A DNA stretch of 64,000 nt, taken from assembly GCA_963664825.1 (NCBI GenBank), contig OY761614.1, positions 256,001-320,000 of the forward strand. Reading direction: 5' to 3'. The position numbers and the translations under genes were made by a program. The notes beneath the pieces were generated by a model. The model had not been told where the DNA came from and made no database searches. It saw only the letters and a program-made list of their open reading frames with translations. How positions within the stretch are numbered: the stretch's first letter is position 1; every line of letters begins with the position of its first letter. Source of the DNA: an uncultured Holophaga sp. (GTDB taxonomy: Bacteria > Acidobacteriota > Holophagae > Holophagales > Holophagaceae). Positions 16,634-27,242 of the stretch are shown here, piece by piece.

Positions 16634-17089
16634 GTGCGAACTCTCAGCCTACCAAAGCCAGCCCTCACCTTCCTAGTTTCGATCCCCCTGGGGCTCGGAA
16701 GTATTACATGCGCGCGCAAGGGAGACCCCATCCCCCGGCCTCGGATCGAGGCCCAGGCCTGCCTGGCCCGGTGGGAAGCCTTCCGGATCCTGGAAGTGAC
16801 ACTGCCCACGGCGGATATCAAGGGTAATTCCCTGGTGGGCCTCGAGGCCGTGAGGGTCTACCACCTGCCCCTGGGCAGCGCCCGCCCCAGTTCCGCCGAA
16901 GTGCTCGCCAGGGGCGAGGTGGTCCTGGAAGAGCGACGGCCGGACCTGCCCTCTCCGGGGAGGAGCTTTTCTATGGACCTGAAGGCCATCGGCCGCCCCA
17001 GCGGCTGGATCGTGGTGGCTGCCGTCCGCACAGGCAACGTGGTGGGCGCGCCCAGCGAGACCCTGCCCTGGCTTCACCCGGCGATCTGA
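16634..17089 (+). CDS. Hypothetical lipoprotein
   Basis: Hydrophobic N-terminus then C-ARKGDPIP (lipoprotein-like). GTG 16634 follows AGGAAG; ORF track starts at 16616. Confidence 0.65.
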   Translation: MRTLSLPKPALTFLVSIPLGLGSITCARKGDPIPRPRIEAQACLARWEAFRILEVTLPTADIKGNSLVGLEAVRVYHLPLGSARPSSAEVLARGEVVLEERRPDLPSPGRSFSMDLKAIGRPSGWIVVAAVRTGNVVGAPSETLPWLHPAI

Positions 17090-17112
17090 GCCCCCAGGAG
17101 TTCCAGATCCTC

Positions 17113-19944
17113 ATGCCCACGCGTTTTCAGCCAGGCCAGCGTTGGATCAGCGATAGCGAGCCCGAACTCGGGCTCGGAGAGGTCCGGGCCCTCAGCCCCC
17201 GGACGGTCACGCTCTGGTTCGGGGCCTCCGAGGAGACCCGGGAATATCGCTTAGAGAGCGCCCCCCTGCGCCGCGCGACCTTTCGCCCGGGGGAGACCCT
17301 CCGGAACGCCCAGGGCGAGGCCTGGATCGTGGATTCCGTGAGCGAACGAGAGGGCCTCTTCTACTACGCCTGCGGGGCGTCTGAAGTATGCGAAACGACC
17401 CTGAGCAGCGCCCTCAGCTCCGGGGGCCCCCAGGAGCGCTTTCAGGGGGGGCGCTTCGATAGCCCAGAACTCTTCGGACTCCGTTTTGCGGCCCAGAAGC
17501 ACCAGTACCGCAGCCGCAAATCCCAGGTGCGCGGATTCCTGGGCGGGCGCATCGATCTCCTGCCCCACCAGCTCAGCATCGCTTCCGAAGTGGCGAGCCG
17601 CCTTCAACCCCGGGTCCTGCTGGCCGACGAGGTGGGCCTGGGCAAGACCATCGAGGCCTGCCTCATCCTGCACCGGCTCCTGCTTACGGGCCGCGCCCGA
17701 CGGGTGCTGATCCTGGTGCCGGAGTCCCTCCTGCACCAGTGGTTCCTGGAGCTGCTGCGGCGTTTCAATCTCTGGTTCCACATCTACGACGAGGCCCGCT
17801 GCGGGGCCTATCCCGGCGCCAATCCATTCCTGGACGACCAGCTGGTGCTCTGTCCCTTGAGCCTGTTCACGGCCCAGGCCGGGCGCCTCCAGCAGGCCCT
17901 GGAGGCCGGGTGGGATCTCCTGGTGGTCGACGAGGCCCATCATCTGGGCTGGCCCAGTCCCGAATATGCAACTGTTGAAGCCCTGGGGAGCCAGACCCCT
18001 GGCCTATTGCTGCTCACCGCCACCCCCGAGCAGCTGGGCCTGGCCAGCCACTTCGCCCGCCTGAGGCTCCTGGACCCGGAGCGTTTCTTCGATCTGGAGG
18101 CATTCATCCAGGAATCCGAAGGCTACCGGGAGATCGCCCACCTGGCCGAGAAGCTCAAGGGGGCTCAGGAGCTTTCAGCCGCCGAGCTCGAAGGCCTGAG
18201 CCGGGTCCTAGGCACACCGGCATCCACCCTGGGGCCCCAGATCGCTCAATCCACCCCGGGGAAAGGCATCCGGAAAGCCTGGATCGATGCGCTCCTGGAT
18301 CAGCACGGCACGGGCCGCGTGATGTTCCGCAACACCCGGGCCACCATCGCGGGCTTCCCCCAGCGCGTCCCCCTCCTGCATCCCCTGGAAAGCCAGGATG
18401 CCCATAGCTGGAAGGCCCTGGCCCGGGAAGGGGCCGAGGCTTCCCAGGACCCCAAGGCCTTCAGGCCCGACTTCACCCAGGACCCGCGCATCCCATGGCT
18501 GGCCGAACTGCTGCACAACCTGGGCCAGGACAAGGTGCTCCTGATCTGCCGCACCCAGGCCAAGGCCGAGGCCATCGAAGCCGCACTGAAAAAGCACCTC
18601 CGGGTGAAGATGACGGTCTTCCACGAGGGGCTTACCCTCATCCAGCGGGACCGCGGCGCGGCTTGGTTTGCCGAAAAGGATGGCGCGCGCCTGCTCATCT
18701 GCTCCGAGATCGGCAGCGAGGGCCGCAATTTCCAGTTCGCCCATCATCTGGTCCTCTTCGATCTGCCCCTGGACCCCGCCCTCCTGGAGCAGCGCATCGG
18801 GCGCCTGGACCGCATCGGCCAAGCGGCGCCCATCCAGGTCCACGTGCCCTTCGTGCGCGGCAGTCACCAGGAAGTGCTGGCCCGCTGGTACCAGGATGGG
18901 CTCAACGCCTTCGCGGAGAACCTGCCCGGGGGCCGGGAGCTCCTGGAGCGCTTCGAACCCCGGATCCGCGCCCTCGCCCTGCACTTCCACGAGGATCCTC
19001 CGGCTTCCCAAACACAATTGCAGCGCCTGGTGGCCGACACCCAGGAGGCGAGAAAAGCACTGACCGCGCGGCTGGAGCAGGGCCGAGACCGCCTGCTGGA
19101 ATGGAATTCCTACCGGCCTGAGGTCGCCGCGGGCCTCATCGGGGAGATCGGCCGCCAGGATGCCCCGGGCGCCCTGGATGGGTTCCTGCTGGCCATCTTC
19201 GAGCTCTTCGCCGTGGAGGTGGAGGAACTGGCGCCCCGCACCTACCAGCTGGGCTCGGCGGGCGTGCTGGTGGACGCCTTCCCTGGGCTGGGCTCGGAAG
19301 GCCTCACCGTCACCTGCGACCGGGCGCGGGCCCTGGCCCGAGAGGATCTCCAGTTCCTCACCTGGGATCACCCCATGGTGACGGGGGCCCTGGACCTGAT
19401 GCTGGGCTCGGATCATGGCAATAGCAGCTTCGCCCTGTGGCCGGACGCGCAGGCCTCCGGGCTCTACCTGGAGGCGATCTACATGCTGGAATGCGTGGCC
19501 CCGGCCCATTTCCAGCTGGACCGTTTCCTGCCGCCCACCCCCTTGCGAGTGATGGTGGATCATCGCGGCCGGGATGTGGGGAAGGCCCTGCCCCACGGGG
19601 CCCTGGGCCGCCTCCTCAGGGCCGGCGAAGGCTCTGGACTGGCTCCTGGGATGATGGCCCGGCCCGAGATCCGCGAGGTCCTCCTGCCCCGCCTCATGGA
19701 CCAGACCAAGGCCCTGGCCGAACTCCGGGTGCGGGAGATCATCGCCCTGGCCCGCCAGGACATGAGCCTCCACCTCGATCATGAAATCGCCCGGCTCCGG
19801 GAACTCCGCCGGGTGAACCGCAGCGTCCGAGAACCGGAAATCGAGCTGCTGGTCCAGCAGCGGCGGGCCCTGGACCAGCACATCGGCGCGGCCCGCCTGC
19901 GCCTGGACGCCCTGCGACTCATCCATCGCGGTTTTATCCGATAA
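17113..19944 (+). CDS. rapA: RNA polymerase-associated SWI2/SNF2 ATPase RapA (HepA)
   Basis: GQRWISDSEPELGLG, LADEVGLGKT, DEAH, TATPEQLG, SEIGSEGRNFQF, EQRIGRLDRIGQ and FLTWDHP. Confidence 0.95.
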   Translation: MPTRFQPGQRWISDSEPELGLGEVRALSPRTVTLWFGASEETREYRLESAPLRRATFRPGETLRNAQGEAWIVDSVSEREGLFYYACGASEVCETTLSSALSSGGPQERFQGGRFDSPELFGLRFAAQKHQYRSRKSQVRGFLGGRIDLLPHQLSIASEVASRLQPRVLLADEVGLGKTIEACLILHRLLLTGRARRVLILVPESLLHQWFLELLRRFNLWFHIYDEARCGAYPGANPFLDDQLVLCPLSLFTAQAGRLQQALEAGWDLLVVDEAHHLGWPSPEYATVEALGSQTPGLLLLTATPEQLGLASHFARLRLLDPERFFDLEAFIQESEGYREIAHLAEKLKGAQELSAAELEGLSRVLGTPASTLGPQIAQSTPGKGIRKAWIDALLDQHGTGRVMFRNTRATIAGFPQRVPLLHPLESQDAHSWKALAREGAEASQDPKAFRPDFTQDPRIPWLAELLHNLGQDKVLLICRTQAKAEAIEAALKKHLRVKMTVFHEGLTLIQRDRGAAWFAEKDGARLLICSEIGSEGRNFQFAHHLVLFDLPLDPALLEQRIGRLDRIGQAAPIQVHVPFVRGSHQEVLARWYQDGLNAFAENLPGGRELLERFEPRIRALALHFHEDPPASQTQLQRLVADTQEARKALTARLEQGRDRLLEWNSYRPEVAAGLIGEIGRQDAPGALDGFLLAIFELFAVEVEELAPRTYQLGSAGVLVDAFPGLGSEGLTVTCDRARALAREDLQFLTWDHPMVTGALDLMLGSDHGNSSFALWPDAQASGLYLEAIYMLECVAPAHFQLDRFLPPTPLRVMVDHRGRDVGKALPHGALGRLLRAGEGSGLAPGMMARPEIREVLLPRLMDQTKALAELRVREIIALARQDMSLHLDHEIARLRELRRVNRSVREPEIELLVQQRRALDQHIGAARLRLDALRLIHRGFIR

Positions 19945-19963
19945 TCCATCCAGGAGAATGTCC

Positions 19964-20806
19964 ATGGCAGCACTCGGCCTCTGGAACGAATTGAATCTGA
20001 TCCGACTGGCCCCGGAGGGCGCCTTCTTGCAAGGGGGGGAACAGGGCGAGGTGCTGCTCCCCTTGAGGGAAGTGCCCCCCGGCAGCAAGCCCGGCCAGAC
20101 GCTGCGGGTCTTCGTCTACCTGGACGGCGAGGATCGCTATGCCGCCAGCACCCGGGCCCCACTGGCCCAGCGGGGGGACGTGGCCCACCTGAAGATCCGG
20201 TCGGTGAACAAGGCTGGCGCGCTCCTGGACTGGGGCCTGCCCCAGGATCTCTTCCTGCCCTGGAAGGAGGTGAAGCGCGACCTGAGGCGCTCCATCCAGG
20301 AAGGCAAGAAGGCCCTCGTGATCGTCTTCCAGGATGAGGACGGCCGGGTGAGCGCGTCCACGCGCTTGGAGGAATTCCTGAGCGACGAGGCGACGGATTT
20401 CCAGGAGGGGCAGCAGGTCTCCCTGGTGATCACCGATCCCACGGATATCGGCATGCGCGTGGTCGTGGACCACCGCACCTGGGGCATGGTGCACCGAAGC
20501 GATATCTTCGGCCCCCTCACCCGGGGGGAAACCCGAGAGGGCTACATCAAGGCCCTCCGGGAGGACCACAAATTGAACGTCGCCCTCAGCGCCCCGGGCT
20601 ACGCCAAGGTCGATGCCATCGCCCAGAACATCCTGGATGTCCTGAAGCGCAAGGGAGGCTTCCTGGCCGTGACCGATAAGAGCCTGCCGGAAGAGATCTA
20701 CGCCCTCTTCGGCATCAGCAAGAAGGTGTTCAAGCAGACCCTGGGCGCCCTCTACAAGCGCCGCCTCATCCTGATCGAGGCCGAGGGCATCCGCCTTGAA
20801 AAGTAA
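19964..20806 (+). CDS. CvfB/YitL-family S1 RNA-binding protein
   Basis: FVYLDGED, GALLDWGLPQDL and C-terminal winged helix DKSLPEEIY.LFGISKKVFKQ.LGALYK. Confidence 0.9.
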   Translation: MAALGLWNELNLIRLAPEGAFLQGGEQGEVLLPLREVPPGSKPGQTLRVFVYLDGEDRYAASTRAPLAQRGDVAHLKIRSVNKAGALLDWGLPQDLFLPWKEVKRDLRRSIQEGKKALVIVFQDEDGRVSASTRLEEFLSDEATDFQEGQQVSLVITDPTDIGMRVVVDHRTWGMVHRSDIFGPLTRGETREGYIKALREDHKLNVALSAPGYAKVDAIAQNILDVLKRKGGFLAVTDKSLPEEIYALFGISKKVFKQTLGALYKRRLILIEAEGIRLEK

Positions 20807-21368
20807 GGACGCCGTTCCGCCCCTGAAATACCTCGAGGGCTACGGCCCTGCCCTTCAGGCCCAGGTGCGCGAGCTCATCGAAGCCGGACGGCTCGGGGCC
20901 TACCTCCGGGAGCGCTACCCGGAGTCCCACGAGGCCCGCAACGATAAGGCTCTGACCCTGGCGGCCCTCGAATTGAAGAACCGCTTCCTGCGCAACGCCC
21001 CGCCCCTGGACAAGGTCATCTATGACAGCAAGCTGCGGGTGCTGAGCCACGCCCTGGGCACCCACACCGCCATCTCCCGGGTGCAGGGGCAGAGGCTCAA
21101 GGCCAGCCGGGAGATCCGGGTGGCCACGGTCTTCCGCGAGGCTCCCGCCGCCTTCCTGAAGATGATCCTCGTGCACGAACTGGCCCACATGAAGGAGCGC
21201 GATCACGACAAGGCCTTCTACCAGCTGTGCACCCACATGGCGCCGGACTACTTCCAGCTGGAGCTGGACCTGAGGCTCTACCTGACGCACCTGGAAGTCT
21301 GCGGGAACAATGGCCCATCGGCGTGCATCACGGTTCAAGATGCATTCAACTCTGATGAATGCAGATGA
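20796..21368 (+). CDS. YgjP-like M48 metallopeptidase / nucleotide pyrophosphatase family
   Basis: LKYLEGY, ALGTHT.ISRVQG, HELAH and HDKAFYQLC. Confidence 0.88.
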   Translation: MKSKDAVPPLKYLEGYGPALQAQVRELIEAGRLGAYLRERYPESHEARNDKALTLAALELKNRFLRNAPPLDKVIYDSKLRVLSHALGTHTAISRVQGQRLKASREIRVATVFREAPAAFLKMILVHELAHMKERDHDKAFYQLCTHMAPDYFQLELDLRLYLTHLEVCGNNGPSACITVQDAFNSDECR

Positions 21369-21415
21369 AAGCCTTGGCCTGCAAGCTCCCAAGCAGGAGC
21401 CTCCGTGGGCTTTGC

Positions 21416-24400
21416 TCAGGGGTCGGCCACGAAACCCAGCTCAGTCAATTTCACCCGGATTTCCTGGAGGCTGAAGGGCTTCTGGATACAGGTGGCGCTG
21501 GGATGCCCCTTCAAGAGTTCATGGATAGCCGTGTCGCTATGGCCGCTGGCCATGAGGACCCGCTGGGCGGGTCTCAGGACCAGCAGGCGCTGGAGGGTTT
21601 CGGCGCCATTGATGCCGGGCATGTTCATGTCCAGGATCACCAGATCCACCTCCAGTCCATCTTCGAAGAGGCTCAGGGCCCCCAGGCCGCTATCCACGCT
21701 CTGGACCTGGTGACCCAGGATCTCGAGCATGGGGCCCACGGCGGCCCGGATGAGTTCATCGTCATCCACCAGCAGGATCCGCAGGGAGCTTGGGGTGGAC
21801 GTTTGCTCGGCAGGAGCCCGCTCGGAGACCTCCTGGGGCCTCGCCTCCTCCAGCACAGGGAAACGCAGGAGGATCTCCGTGCCTTGCCCGGGCTCGCTGA
21901 GGATTTTCAGCGAGCCGCCATGGGATTTCACCGTGCCGAAGACCATCGAGAGGCCCAGGCCCGTCCCCTTGCCCTGGGGCTTGGTGGTGAAGAAGGGCTC
22001 CAGGGCGCGCTTCTGGACCTCTTCACTCATGCCTTCCCCGCTGTCCTTCACGCTGAGTTGGATCTGCCCATCCGAGAGCTGGCGGGTGCCCAGGCGCAGG
22101 CCCCCTCCCTTGGGCATGGCATCCACGGAATTCACGCAGAGGTTCATCAGGGCATGGCTGAGGGCCGCGGCATCCCCGCGAATGAGGGACAGGGGTTCCT
22201 GGAGATCGAGCTCCAGCGAAATCCGTTGCAGGGTCGTGCGGGACAGGAGCTGGACCATGTCCCGCACCAGCTCGTTGAGATCCACGGGGCCCACCACCAC
22301 GAGATCCTTGTGGGCGAAGTAGAGGAGACTCCTGACCACATCGCGCCCTCGCGAACAGGCCTGGATGATCGTGTCCAGAGCTTTGGCCAGGGGGTTCGTC
22401 CCGGAGATACCCTCCCGATGAACCGAAGCCAGGCTGAGGATGGCACCCAGCACATTGTTCATATCGTGGGCGATCCCCCCGGCCAGGCTGCCCAGGCTCT
22501 CCAGTTTCTGGGACTGGTGGAGCTGAGCGGTCAAGTCGAGATTGGCGGCCTCGGCCTCCTTGGCTGCGGTGACATCCACGAAGATTTCCAGGAGCGCATT
22601 CTGACCCTCGTAGAGCATCCCCGTGTGGGTGATGAGGAAGGTCCGCCCCCCCAGCACTCCAGAACTCTCCAGCGACGTGGTGTAACCCTTCAGGATCCCC
22701 TGCTTCAGGGGACATTCGGCGCAGGGTTCCCGATCGTCCTTGTAGCTGAGCCAGCAGCGGTTCCCCAGGGCCGAGGGGCCCAGCAGGGCCTCCATGGCGG
22801 GGTTCAGGAACAGGATATTCCCCTGTTCATCGACGATATCCATCCCAAAAGGGATGGTCTTGATGAGGGTCCGGTATTTCTCTTCGCTCTCCCTCAGGGC
22901 CGCCTCCCCCCGGCGGTGCTGCTCTTCACCGGCCAGGTGATCCAGGGCGAAGGACACATCCATGGCGGCTTCCTGGAGAAGGGCGATCTCCTTTTCCCCG
23001 AAGCAGCCCGCACGCGCATCGTAGACGGCCAGGGCTCCACAGATTTCGCCCCCTTGGCGAATGGGAAAGGCGGCCACCGCATTGAAGCCTGAGCGCTGGG
23101 CCGCTTCCCACCAGAGCTTGATCTCCTCAACCCCGAGGAAATTGTTGAAGATGCAGGGGCGGCCCTCGCGGATGGCCCTGCCGACCGGGCCCAGGCCTTG
23201 AGGGGATTCATCCCAACGCACATGGAGGTCCTGGAGATATCCCGCCGTATCGCCCCATTGACCCACCACCGAGATGCCATACCCATCGGCCTCCTTCCAG
23301 CCGAACCAGGCCATCCTGAATCCACCGAATTCCACCAACACTTCGCAAATCTTGGCAAATAGGGCTTCCCTGGACTGGGTCCAGACGATGGCCTGGTTGA
23401 CCTGGCTGAGGGCCGCGTAGAGCTGGGTGAGTTTCTCGATCTCCCATGCCCGGGCGCAGCGTTCGGTGATGTCCTGGATGAACGTGAGGACAAACGTTTC
23501 GCCTTCGAGTACCACGCGGCGCCAACTGACCTGCACCGGGAAGGTGGAGGCATCCTTGCGGCGGTGGATGCCTTCGAAACGCCCCGTGCCCGTATCCTGG
23601 AGGGCCTCGAAGAGCCTCCGGGATTCGGCGGCCTCTTCGGGCAGGCGCAGATCCTCCACGCGCAAGGCTCGGAATTCGGAAAGGGTGCGTCCGTAGTATT
23701 CCTGGGCTCGCTCGTTGGCCTCCAGGATCCTCCCCTCCCCGTCCAGGAGCAGGATGGCATCATTGGCGTGCTGCAACAGATGCTCGTAGCGACTCGCCAG
23801 GATCCGGCCCTCCCGCTCCAGGACCAGTTGTTTGGATATCCTCAGGGTCTCCTGATGGCGCAGCATCAGACCCATCCCAAGGGCCACCACGCCCACCATC
23901 CCCATGAGAATGGCCCCGACGATCCAGCCGCGCAAACGCAAGGGGCCATAGATCTCCCCTTCATCGATCTTGGCCACCATGGACCAAGGCGTGCCGGGCA
24001 CCCGTCGCACAGCGGAGAGAACGGGCACGCCGCGGTAGTCCAGACCCCTCACCAGACCTTCCCGGCCCTGGACTGCGAGGATGGCGGGAAGGGCGGAAGG
24101 CCCGGACATGGGGACATGGAGCCGAAGCGCCGAATGGGGCCGGTGGCGCAGCTCATTCAGGAACAGAACCGCATCGCCTTCCCGCCGCACCAGTAGGGTT
24201 TCGGCGCTGGCACTGCGGACGGGCCAGGACTGGATCAGGGGAAACAGGAAGGACCGCGCGTCCACTTGAAGCAGGAGAAGGCCCTCGCTTGAACCGCCCC
24301 CCGGGGCCGTCCCAGGGATGGGCACCCACAGGTTCATGTGAATTTCGGCCCCGCCCGGATCCCGGTAGAGATCCTGGTTCACCAGATCCCTGGCCCTCGG

Positions 24401-25426
24401 GGCTTCCCTCACCCAAGGGGCCAGGCCCTCAACCTGGACGGTGGCCTCCGGGGGCGCCACCAGGCGAACCCTCCCCTGGGCATCGAAGAGCACCACCCGC
24501 TGGAAGAGGGAACTGCTGCAGAGGCCTTCCATCCAGGTCCGGAGTTCATCCCGAGAGGGAGCCTGAGGCGCACCCGCCAGGAAGCGCCGAAACTCGCCCT
24601 GGATCAGGGAGGACTGGAGGATTTGTCGCGCGTCCCCCTGCCGTTCCTGGTACCAATTGGCAATTTGCCCAGCCTTGAGGTCGGCGATCTCCTGGAGTTC
24701 CCCTTGAGCCGCTTCCCGGGCCGTGGCCAGTTGGCCTCTCAGATAGAGGGATCCCCCCACCAGGATCCCCAAGGCCAGACTCAGGAACACCGCCAGGAGC
24801 CCTCGGGAGTAGGGATGCTTTCCCGCCAGCGACGAGAAGAAGGCCAGGGGCCAGGTGTCCCGGCCGGGGAGGATGACCAGGGCCAGACCCAAGAGGAAAC
24901 CCGATAGGGCTGCCGGCATGGACATGAGGGTCTTCTGCGTCTGGTAGAGCAAGGGTGCACCCGCCCCGTAGCTCAGGAGAACTGAGGTGCAGGTCCCCAT
25001 CGCGAGAAGGCCCAGCAGCGCCGCACACTGCCGCTTCCAGCGACCTAAAGACGCGGCCCCGTTCATTAGGATGGCCAAGCTAGCCGCCAGCAGGACCAGC
25101 GAGGTCACGGTGGCAGGCTGACGCACGGTCGGAACGCTCTCCGTGAATCGCCCGGCGGCATATCCCATCAGCACCCCCAGGCTCACCAGGGCAACGCTGC
25201 CACCGATGACAGAGGCCAGGCGATGAAGGGCCGCGCACCGAAGGAGCACAGCCACGCTCAAAAGCAGGAATAGTCCTGCGGAAAGCGGCGCCACGGACCG
25301 ATACCCGGGGCCCATGGCGCTGAGCCCTGGAATCCCCAGGAGCACCCCCAATAGCGCAAGAAGGGCCAGGAGCCCCGAAATGGCGGAGAGGATCTCGACA
25401 AACCGTTGGCGCGGGCTTCCGTTCAC
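21416..25426 (-). CDS. Membrane hybrid sensor histidine kinase (periplasmic sensor, PAS, GAF, HisKA, HATPase, REC)
   Basis: TM helices; QKLESLGSLAGGIAHDMNN, NSVDAM, FFTTKPQGKGTGLGL and receiver LVDDD..LDMNMP. Start GTG 25426 is likely (ORF track 25483). Confidence 0.93.
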   Translation of the reverse strand: MNGSPRQRFVEILSAISGLLALLALLGVLLGIPGLSAMGPGYRSVAPLSAGLFLLLSVAVLLRCAALHRLASVIGGSVALVSLGVLMGYAAGRFTESVPTVRQPATVTSLVLLAASLAILMNGAASLGRWKRQCAALLGLLAMGTCTSVLLSYGAGAPLLYQTQKTLMSMPAALSGFLLGLALVILPGRDTWPLAFFSSLAGKHPYSRGLLAVFLSLALGILVGGSLYLRGQLATAREAAQGELQEIADLKAGQIANWYQERQGDARQILQSSLIQGEFRRFLAGAPQAPSRDELRTWMEGLCSSSLFQRVVLFDAQGRVRLVAPPEATVQVEGLAPWVREAPRARDLVNQDLYRDPGGAEIHMNLWVPIPGTAPGGGSSEGLLLLQVDARSFLFPLIQSWPVRSASAETLLVRREGDAVLFLNELRHRPHSALRLHVPMSGPSALPAILAVQGREGLVRGLDYRGVPVLSAVRRVPGTPWSMVAKIDEGEIYGPLRLRGWIVGAILMGMVGVVALGMGLMLRHQETLRISKQLVLEREGRILASRYEHLLQHANDAILLLDGEGRILEANERAQEYYGRTLSEFRALRVEDLRLPEEAAESRRLFEALQDTGTGRFEGIHRRKDASTFPVQVSWRRVVLEGETFVLTFIQDITERCARAWEIEKLTQLYAALSQVNQAIVWTQSREALFAKICEVLVEFGGFRMAWFGWKEADGYGISVVGQWGDTAGYLQDLHVRWDESPQGLGPVGRAIREGRPCIFNNFLGVEEIKLWWEAAQRSGFNAVAAFPIRQGGEICGALAVYDARAGCFGEKEIALLQEAAMDVSFALDHLAGEEQHRRGEAALRESEEKYRTLIKTIPFGMDIVDEQGNILFLNPAMEALLGPSALGNRCWLSYKDDREPCAECPLKQGILKGYTTSLESSGVLGGRTFLITHTGMLYEGQNALLEIFVDVTAAKEAEAANLDLTAQLHQSQKLESLGSLAGGIAHDMNNVLGAILSLASVHREGISGTNPLAKALDTIIQACSRGRDVVRSLLYFAHKDLVVVGPVDLNELVRDMVQLLSRTTLQRISLELDLQEPLSLIRGDAAALSHALMNLCVNSVDAMPKGGGLRLGTRQLSDGQIQLSVKDSGEGMSEEVQKRALEPFFTTKPQGKGTGLGLSMVFGTVKSHGGSLKILSEPGQGTEILLRFPVLEEARPQEVSERAPAEQTSTPSSLRILLVDDDELIRAAVGPMLEILGHQVQSVDSGLGALSLFEDGLEVDLVILDMNMPGINGAETLQRLLVLRPAQRVLMASGHSDTAIHELLKGHPSATCIQKPFSLQEIRVKLTELGFVADP

Positions 25427-25544
25427 GGGGACATCTTTCGGGTACCGATGGGGGGTATGACCGACAGCTTGGATCCGAAACAAGGAAGGCGCAACCCCAA
25501 CACCTCAAGGGGCATTGGGAATCGCGCCTTCGAAGGACAGATCC

Positions 25545-25657
25545 TGTCGGGAACTCCCGGAGGCCGCCACTCGTGTTGGCGGGTCCCAGCTCCGGGCGCA
25601 TGCGCCCGGAGCTACCCGCTACACCACTCGTGTCGGCGGCTACCGGGAATGCACCTT
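25545..25657 (-). repeat. Structured ~110-nt intergenic repeat, copy B
   Basis: Perfect 26-bp palindrome agctccgggcgcatgcgcccggagct (25588-25613) and a ccactcgtgt(t/c)ggcgg direct repeat. On the minus strand it starts AAGGTGC and ends CCCGACA, like 2983-3090. Confidence 0.65.
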
Positions 25658-27242
25658 AAGAGTGTCCGCCCATGAGCTTGTGGATGACGCGGCTCACCAC
25701 GAAGAAGAGCAGGAGGCTCATGCCGAGAGCGATGCAGGCGGCCACGAAGAACACCTGCCAGAGGGGGACACTATCCATGAAACCCGCGGCCTTCCCGGCC
25801 AGATAGGCGCCAATGCCGAGGGAGAAGAACCAGGCGCCCATGAGCTGGCTGGTGAGGTGCTTGGGGGCCAGCCGGGAGACGTAGCTGAGGCCCACGGGGC
25901 TGATGCAGAGTTCGCCGATGGTGTGCAGCAGGTAGACGCCCATGAGCCAGCCCATGTTCACCTTGGAGATGGGGTCGGCGGGGGTGGCCCGGGCCATCCA
26001 GGCCGCGGGTGCCAAGAGGAAGAAACCCAGGGCCGCGAAAAAGAGCCCGAGAGCGAATTTCACCGGGCTGCTGGGGAACCTGCCGGAACGCTTGGTCCAG
26101 ATCCACACAAATACCGGCCCCAAGCCCACGATGAGGAAGGCGTTCACGGTCTGGAACCAGCTGGCGGGGATCTCGAAACCGAAGAGCACGCGGTTGGTGT
26201 ATTCCTTGGCGAAGAGCGTCAGGGTGCTGCCCGCCTGCTGGAACACGAACCAGAAGGAGATGCTGAACAGCAGCATCATGAACACCACCATCAGGCGGTT
26301 GATTTCTTCCTTGCTGAGCCTGGGATGCTCGACGGGAGCGCCCAAGGTGGCGGCGGCCTCGGCGCGGATCTTCACCATGCCCCGGTTCACCATCATCTGC
26401 ACGACGGTCATGAGGGAACCCGCCGCCACGATTCCGAAGAGCAGCTGGGTGGGCCAGGTCTTGCCGGAGACCACGATCCAGGCCAGACCCAGGAGGATGG
26501 CGATGAGGGCCGCCACGAAGGGCAGGCTCACGGGCTTGGCCTCGAGAGCGCCTGCGGGCAGGCTCACGTCCTTGATGTGCTTGCGGCGCAGGACGAAGTT
26601 CAGGAGGCCCAGCAGCATGCCGAAGCCTGATACCCCGAAGGCCCAGGACCAGCCGGCCGATGAATTGAGGCCCACGGCGTTCAGGAAGCGGTGGAAGCCC
26701 GCGCCCTCGGCCATGAAGCCGCAGATGAGGGGGGCCACGGTCGCGCCGATATTGATGCCCATGTACTCGATGGTGAAGGCGCCATCCCGCCGGGAATCAT
26801 CCTTGGCATAGAGGCGCCCCACCGAGGCGCTGATATTGGGCTTCAAAAGGCAGGTGCCGATGGCGATGAGCACGAGGCTGGCCACCAGCCCATTCATGCT
26901 CTTCACCTGGAGCAGGATCTGGCCTGCGGCGATGAAGAGGCCGCCCACCACGATGGTGCGCTTGGCCCCCAGGAAGCGATCGGCGATCTGGCCGCCATTG
27001 ATGCTGAAGAGGTAGATCGAGAGCAGGTAGCCCCCCAGGAGGCCGCCGGCGCGCACCTTGTCGAGGCCCATGCCCCCAAGAGCGACGGGTGCCGTGAGGT
27101 AGAGGATCAGCAAGGCGCGCATGCCGTAGTGGCTGAAGCGCTCCCAGGTCTCGGTGAAGATCAGCACCCAGAGCCCGGCGGGATGCCGGAGAGGGGTGGC
27201 CTTCGCGTCCACGGTCTGCGCCTGGTTCATGGGCTTCTCCAT
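25656..27242 (-). CDS. Proton-dependent oligopeptide transporter (POT/PTR, MFS)
   Basis: ETWERFSHYGMR, KPNIS, YMGINIG, FQQAGS and GELCISPVG. Confidence 0.95.
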   Translation of the reverse strand: MEKPMNQAQTVDAKATPLRHPAGLWVLIFTETWERFSHYGMRALLILYLTAPVALGGMGLDKVRAGGLLGGYLLSIYLFSINGGQIADRFLGAKRTIVVGGLFIAAGQILLQVKSMNGLVASLVLIAIGTCLLKPNISASVGRLYAKDDSRRDGAFTIEYMGINIGATVAPLICGFMAEGAGFHRFLNAVGLNSSAGWSWAFGVSGFGMLLGLLNFVLRRKHIKDVSLPAGALEAKPVSLPFVAALIAILLGLAWIVVSGKTWPTQLLFGIVAAGSLMTVVQMMVNRGMVKIRAEAAATLGAPVEHPRLSKEEINRLMVVFMMLLFSISFWFVFQQAGSTLTLFAKEYTNRVLFGFEIPASWFQTVNAFLIVGLGPVFVWIWTKRSGRFPSSPVKFALGLFFAALGFFLLAPAAWMARATPADPISKVNMGWLMGVYLLHTIGELCISPVGLSYVSRLAPKHLTSQLMGAWFFSLGIGAYLAGKAAGFMDSVPLWQVFFVAACIALGMSLLLFFVVSRVIHKLMGGHS

